Program-made: the position numbers and the translations under genes
In this document: positions 17,349 through 21,328 of the stretch, piece after piece
Layout of the letters: every line of letters begins with the position of its first letter
Position numbering within the stretch: the stretch's first letter is position 1
Assembly: GCA_043800755.1 (NCBI GenBank)
Contig: JAZDMQ010000139.1
Span: 1 to 21,328, forward strand
DNA from: a bacterium
GTDB taxonomy: Bacteria > Methylomirabilota > Methylomirabilia > CAVQYV01
Reading direction: 5' to 3'
Length of the DNA: 21,328 nt
Notes under the pieces: model-generated
Database searches by the model: none
What the model saw: the letters and a program-made list of their open reading frames with translations, nothing else
Told to the model about the DNA's origin: nothing

Positions 17349-19744
17349 TCGATTCTCATTCTATGAAGGTCCTGGAGTTTGAGGCCATCCGGGAGATGCT
17401 GGCCTCTCAGGCCACCTCATCACCGGCCAAGGAGTTGGCCCATGGTCTGCTTCCCTCCACCGACCTTAAAGAGGTGGGGCGGTCGCTGGAGGAAACCGAG
17501 GAGATGCGGCAGGTCATGGCCTCGGCTGGCGATCTTCCCCTGGCAGGCTTGATAGACATCCAACCCCACCTCGATCGCGCGCTCTTGGAGGGTGCTGCCC
17601 TCTCTGCAATCGAACTGAAAGAGGTGAGAGAGGTTCTCCGGGTGGCGAGCCAATTACGATCTTATTTCCAACTTTACTCCTCCGGCTTTCCCCTGTTGCA
17701 GGTCTATTCTTTCTCTATTCATCCTCAGTTCCACCTGGAAGCGAGGATTACCGACTGCATCGGCGATGAGGGCGAGATCCTCGATTCTGCCAGCCCCCGG
17801 CTGAAGAAGATTCGGCAGGATGCCTTCGCACTCCGGGAGAAGATCAGGGAAAAGCTGCAGGCCGTTCTCGTCTCCCCGCAGTATCAGAAGGTCATTGCCG
17901 AACCCCTCATCACCCTCCGCAATGACCGCTATGTAATCCCGGTGAAGCCCAATTTTAAGCCTGCGCTCCGCGGATTCATTCAAGATCAATCCGCGAGCGG
18001 CCAAACCCTTTTCCTGGAGCCTCTCTCCCTGGTGGATGACAACAACCGCTTGAAACGGCTCAGCCTGGAAGAAGAGGAAGAGATCCGTAGGATCCTGCGA
18101 GATCTCACCGGGGAATTAAGGGAAAAGGCCCCCGAGATTGGGCCAGCAGTGGAGGGGATGATTCGCCTGGATCTGCTTTGTGCCAAGGCGCGTCTGGCAG
18201 AGAGGATGAGGGCCAAGAAGCCGATCCTCAGAGAGGATGGGCCCCTCCAGTTGCTGCAAGCCAGGCATCCCCTCTTGATCAAGAAGATGGAGGGCAAGGC
18301 GGAGGGGCCAGGGGTGGTACCCATTGACCTCTGTATCGGCGACCCCTACCGGGTGTTGGTGATCACCGGGCCCAACATGGGAGGCAAGACGGTGGCCCTC
18401 AAGACCGCAGGCCTCCTTTCCCTCATGGCGATGGCGGGATTGCATATCCCCGCCTCCGCCGACAGCCAACTTCCCCTGTTCTCCCAGGTATTCGCCGATA
18501 TTGGAGAGGAACAGGATATCGAGGAGAGCCTCTCCACCTTCTCCTCTCATATCTCCCAGATCGCCAAGATCTTGCGGGAGGCGGATCATCGGTCCCTCGT
18601 CTTCTTGGATGAATTGGGCTCCGGCACCGATCCCGAGGAAGGATCGGCCTTGGGGATTGCCGTCCTGGAAGAGCTGTATCAGCGAGGGGGAATGGCCCTG
18701 GCCACCACCCATCAGGATGCGATCAAGGCCCACGCCTATTCTCACCCGGGGATGGAAAACGCCTCAGTAGAGTTTGACCTTGACACCCTGAGACCGTTGT
18801 ATAAATTAAATATAGGGATTCCGGGCCGGAGTTTTGCCCTCGATATTGCCCAGCAGTTGGGGGTAGGGGCCGAGGTCATTGACGTCGCGCGGAAGTTGCT
18901 GAAATCGGAGGTTGTGGCCTGGGATTCAATGCTGAAGCGGATTCAAGAGGATCAAGCCTCCATCGATCAGAGCAAAAGGAAGGCAGAGGAAGAGACCGCA
19001 AAGGCATCTCGACTGAAGGAGGAGTGCGAGAAGCTCCTCCGGGAGGCCCGGGACAAGAGGAGGGCGATCGAGGAGGAGGTCCAAGACAAGATGAACGGGC
19101 TCCTCGCTCAGGCCCGGCGACAGATAGAGGGGGTCATCCGAGAGCTCCGAACCAAAGGCGCCTCTCGCGAATCTATCAAAGAGGGACAACAAACCTTGGC
19201 CGCCTTGGCCTGCGAAGTGGAGCAGGCCCGATCCGGGGAGCCCGAAGACAGGGTGGAAGCAGATGCGGGATCCCAGGAAGGCTTGTCCTTGGTCAAAGGG
19301 CAGAGGGTTCGGGTTAAGGGAATCCGGCAAGAGGGCGTCATTTTGGCGGAGGTCAACGAGCAAGGGATGGTCGAGGTGCAAATCAAGGTAGGAAAGCTCC
19401 GGGTCCCCACGAGCGAGCTGGAGGCAGCCTCAGCCCCGGGTAGTTGCCCCTCTTTCCCGGTTCTGCTTCACTGGGGAGAGGGAGGAGGCGGGGCGCAGAT
19501 CCGGGCCGAACTGAACCTCATTGGAAAACGCAGGGAAGAGGCCATTTCCGCGGCGGAAAGATATCTGGACGAGGCTTTTCTGGCAGGGCTCAAAGAGGTC
19601 CGCCTCATTCACGGAAAGGGAACAGGAATCCTCCGGAAAGGGATCGAGGAGATGCTAAAGGGCCACCCCATGGTGGAGGAATTCCATCTGGCTTCCTTCC
19701 ATGAGGGGGGAGCCGGCGCGACCATTGTCAAGATGAAACCTTAG
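17345..19744 (+). CDS. mutS2: MutS2 family ATPase with C-terminal KOW and Smr domains
   Basis: RNDRYVIPVK, SASGQTLFLEP, ARHPL, Walker A GPNMGGKT, LSTFSSH, LDELGSGTDP, TTH, coiled coil, IHGKGTGILR, GGAGAT. 799 aa; ATGA overlap with the NIF3-like gene. Confidence 0.97.
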   Translation: MIDSHSMKVLEFEAIREMLASQATSSPAKELAHGLLPSTDLKEVGRSLEETEEMRQVMASAGDLPLAGLIDIQPHLDRALLEGAALSAIELKEVREVLRVASQLRSYFQLYSSGFPLLQVYSFSIHPQFHLEARITDCIGDEGEILDSASPRLKKIRQDAFALREKIREKLQAVLVSPQYQKVIAEPLITLRNDRYVIPVKPNFKPALRGFIQDQSASGQTLFLEPLSLVDDNNRLKRLSLEEEEEIRRILRDLTGELREKAPEIGPAVEGMIRLDLLCAKARLAERMRAKKPILREDGPLQLLQARHPLLIKKMEGKAEGPGVVPIDLCIGDPYRVLVITGPNMGGKTVALKTAGLLSLMAMAGLHIPASADSQLPLFSQVFADIGEEQDIEESLSTFSSHISQIAKILREADHRSLVFLDELGSGTDPEEGSALGIAVLEELYQRGGMALATTHQDAIKAHAYSHPGMENASVEFDLDTLRPLYKLNIGIPGRSFALDIAQQLGVGAEVIDVARKLLKSEVVAWDSMLKRIQEDQASIDQSKRKAEEETAKASRLKEECEKLLREARDKRRAIEEEVQDKMNGLLAQARRQIEGVIRELRTKGASRESIKEGQQTLAALACEVEQARSGEPEDRVEADAGSQEGLSLVKGQRVRVKGIRQEGVILAEVNEQGMVEVQIKVGKLRVPTSELEAASAPGSCPSFPVLLHWGEGGGGAQIRAELNLIGKRREEAISAAERYLDEAFLAGLKEVRLIHGKGTGILRKGIEEMLKGHPMVEEFHLASFHEGGAGATIVKMKP

Positions 19745-19754
19745 AGGAAGACGA

Positions 19755-21328
19755 TTGGTCAATTTCAGCGATGAGATGGTTCGGGAGGTACTCTCCGGTA
19801 CGGATATCGTGGATATTATCTCCGCATATCTTTCTCTCAAATCATCCGGCAAGAACTTCCGTACCCTCTGCCCCTTCCACTCCGAGAAGACGCCTTCCTT
19901 CATGGTCTCCCGGGAAAAACAGATCTATCATTGTTTTGGCTGCGGTGAGGGAGGGAATGCCCTCACCTTCCTTATGAAGTATGAGAGGTTGAGCTTCCCG
20001 GAAGCGGTTCGCCACCTGGCCGACCGCGCGGGCATCAAGCTTCCGGAGAAGAAGGGAGGGAAGGGAGGGGGTTTTCCTTCGCCCAGGCTGGACCTCTATG
20101 AGGTCAATCTTCTGGCCTGCAGATTTTTCCAGGAGCAGCTCCAGAGGTCTCCTGAGGGGGAGAAGGCCCGTGAATATCTTAAGTCCCGGGGGATAGAGGA
20201 GGAGGCCTGGGGAAGATTTCTCCTGGGATATGCCCCGGCCTCCTGGGACCAGCTGGTTCGGCATTTGCGGGTGGAAGGAAAGCCGTCATCTCTGCTGGAG
20301 ACGGCGGGGCTCATCCTTCCAGGTCGCCGGCCAGGGGCCTTCCTCGATCGGTTTCGGGACCGCCTGATGATCCCCATCCTCGATACCCAGGAGAGGATCC
20401 TCGGATTCGGCGCCAGGGCCTTCGCCGAGGGCGAGAGCAAGTACCTCAACTCTCCTACCAGCCCCATCTACAATAAGGGAGAGACCTTATATGGCCTCAA
20501 TTGGGCCTATAGACGAATTCGAGACCCCGGGCAGGCCTTGATCGTGGAGGGTTATTTCGACCTCATCTCCTTGCATTTATTCGGATGGGAGACAGCCGTG
20601 GCCTCCTCCGGGACTTCCCTTACCTCGGGCCAGGCCAGGCTTCTCCGGCGTTATACCGATCGGGCCATCTTGCTCTTCGATTCAGATCCCGCAGGGGTCA
20701 AAGCCTCGGTGAGGAGCATTGAGGTACTGTTGGAGGAAGGCTTTGCCCTGAAGGTCGCGAAACTCCCTTCCGGTCATGACCCAGACAGCCTCCTCCATCG
20801 CGAGGGCCGAGGGGCGATGGAAGAGGTCCTCAATCAGTCCTGGGATTGGTTAGATTTCATCTGGGGCGGGGAGAAAGGGGAAAGGCTGGGAAGCGATATC
20901 GGGGAGGATCTCCATAGGGTAAGGGGCATTCTGCCTATTCTGGGCAAGATGAAGGATCATCTGGCCAGCGCCCATTACTTGAAGAGATTGGCCGAGAAGG
21001 CGGATTTAAGAGAGGAGGTTCTGCTAAAGGAGATGAAAGAAATGGGGAGACGGGAAATCCTCCAACCGAGTTCCCAACCTCCCTCCCCCAAGGCTTATCC
21101 GGTGGAAGAGCGAAAAGCCTTGGAGATTGCACTCCTCCATCCGGAGAGGCGGGATCGCTGGGCTGAACTCTTGGATCCCTCCCAGATCTCCGATCCGCAG
21201 CTCCAGAGGGTTTTTGCCTTGTTCTTTCAATATGGGCCGGAACGAGAAGAGGAATTGCGACAATTCTTGTGCCAGGAGGCAGACGAGGAGGTGAGGAATC
21301 TCTGCACTGGCATATGGGCCAAAGGAGG
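19755..21328 (+). CDS. dnaG: DNA primase, 3' end beyond window
   Basis: Manual translation from TTG 19755 (SD AGAGGA) is open to the window end. Motifs: CPFHSEKTPSF...YHCFGCG zinc finger, FRDRLMIPI, KYLNSP, VEGYFD, FDSDPAG, GHDPD. Not in the ORF track, presumably because no stop is reached. Confidence 0.98.
   Translation, partial: MVNFSDEMVREVLSGTDIVDIISAYLSLKSSGKNFRTLCPFHSEKTPSFMVSREKQIYHCFGCGEGGNALTFLMKYERLSFPEAVRHLADRAGIKLPEKKGGKGGGFPSPRLDLYEVNLLACRFFQEQLQRSPEGEKAREYLKSRGIEEEAWGRFLLGYAPASWDQLVRHLRVEGKPSSLLETAGLILPGRRPGAFLDRFRDRLMIPILDTQERILGFGARAFAEGESKYLNSPTSPIYNKGETLYGLNWAYRRIRDPGQALIVEGYFDLISLHLFGWETAVASSGTSLTSGQARLLRRYTDRAILLFDSDPAGVKASVRSIEVLLEEGFALKVAKLPSGHDPDSLLHREGRGAMEEVLNQSWDWLDFIWGGEKGERLGSDIGEDLHRVRGILPILGKMKDHLASAHYLKRLAEKADLREEVLLKEMKEMGRREILQPSSQPPSPKAYPVEERKALEIALLHPERRDRWAELLDPSQISDPQLQRVFALFFQYGPEREEELRQFLCQEADEEVRNLCTGIWAKG

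Overview
This is a high-GC bacterial chromosomal window with all real genes on the + strand. The first ~1.8 kb is accessory: the end of a sugar/polyol dehydrogenase operon (probable MDR C-terminus, plus an SDR with an atypical YxxxR motif) and a decayed small-protein/nucleotidyltransferase pair resembling a toxin-antitoxin module. An AI-2E transporter follows. Two housekeeping transcription units then start from near-consensus TTGACA-17-TATAAA promoters. (1) rho-rpmE-DUF1385-prfA-prmC-murA-hisD-hisC-hisB-hisH-hisA-hisF-DUF355-hisI-HIT, behind a ~340-nt rho leader. (2) rpsU-yqeY-[terminator/attenuator]-NIF3-like-mutS2-dnaG; dnaG runs off the window and is missing from the ORF track. Most notable: the his block lacks hisG/Z, hisE and a histidinol phosphatase, while a DUF355 adenosine-binding protein and a HIT hydrolase flank a monofunctional hisI. 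There is also a possible terminator/antiterminator switch after yqeY and a NIF3-like gene coupled to mutS2. No tRNA, rRNA, CRISPR array or intact mobile element was seen. Family assignments are from motif recognition only; no searches were run.
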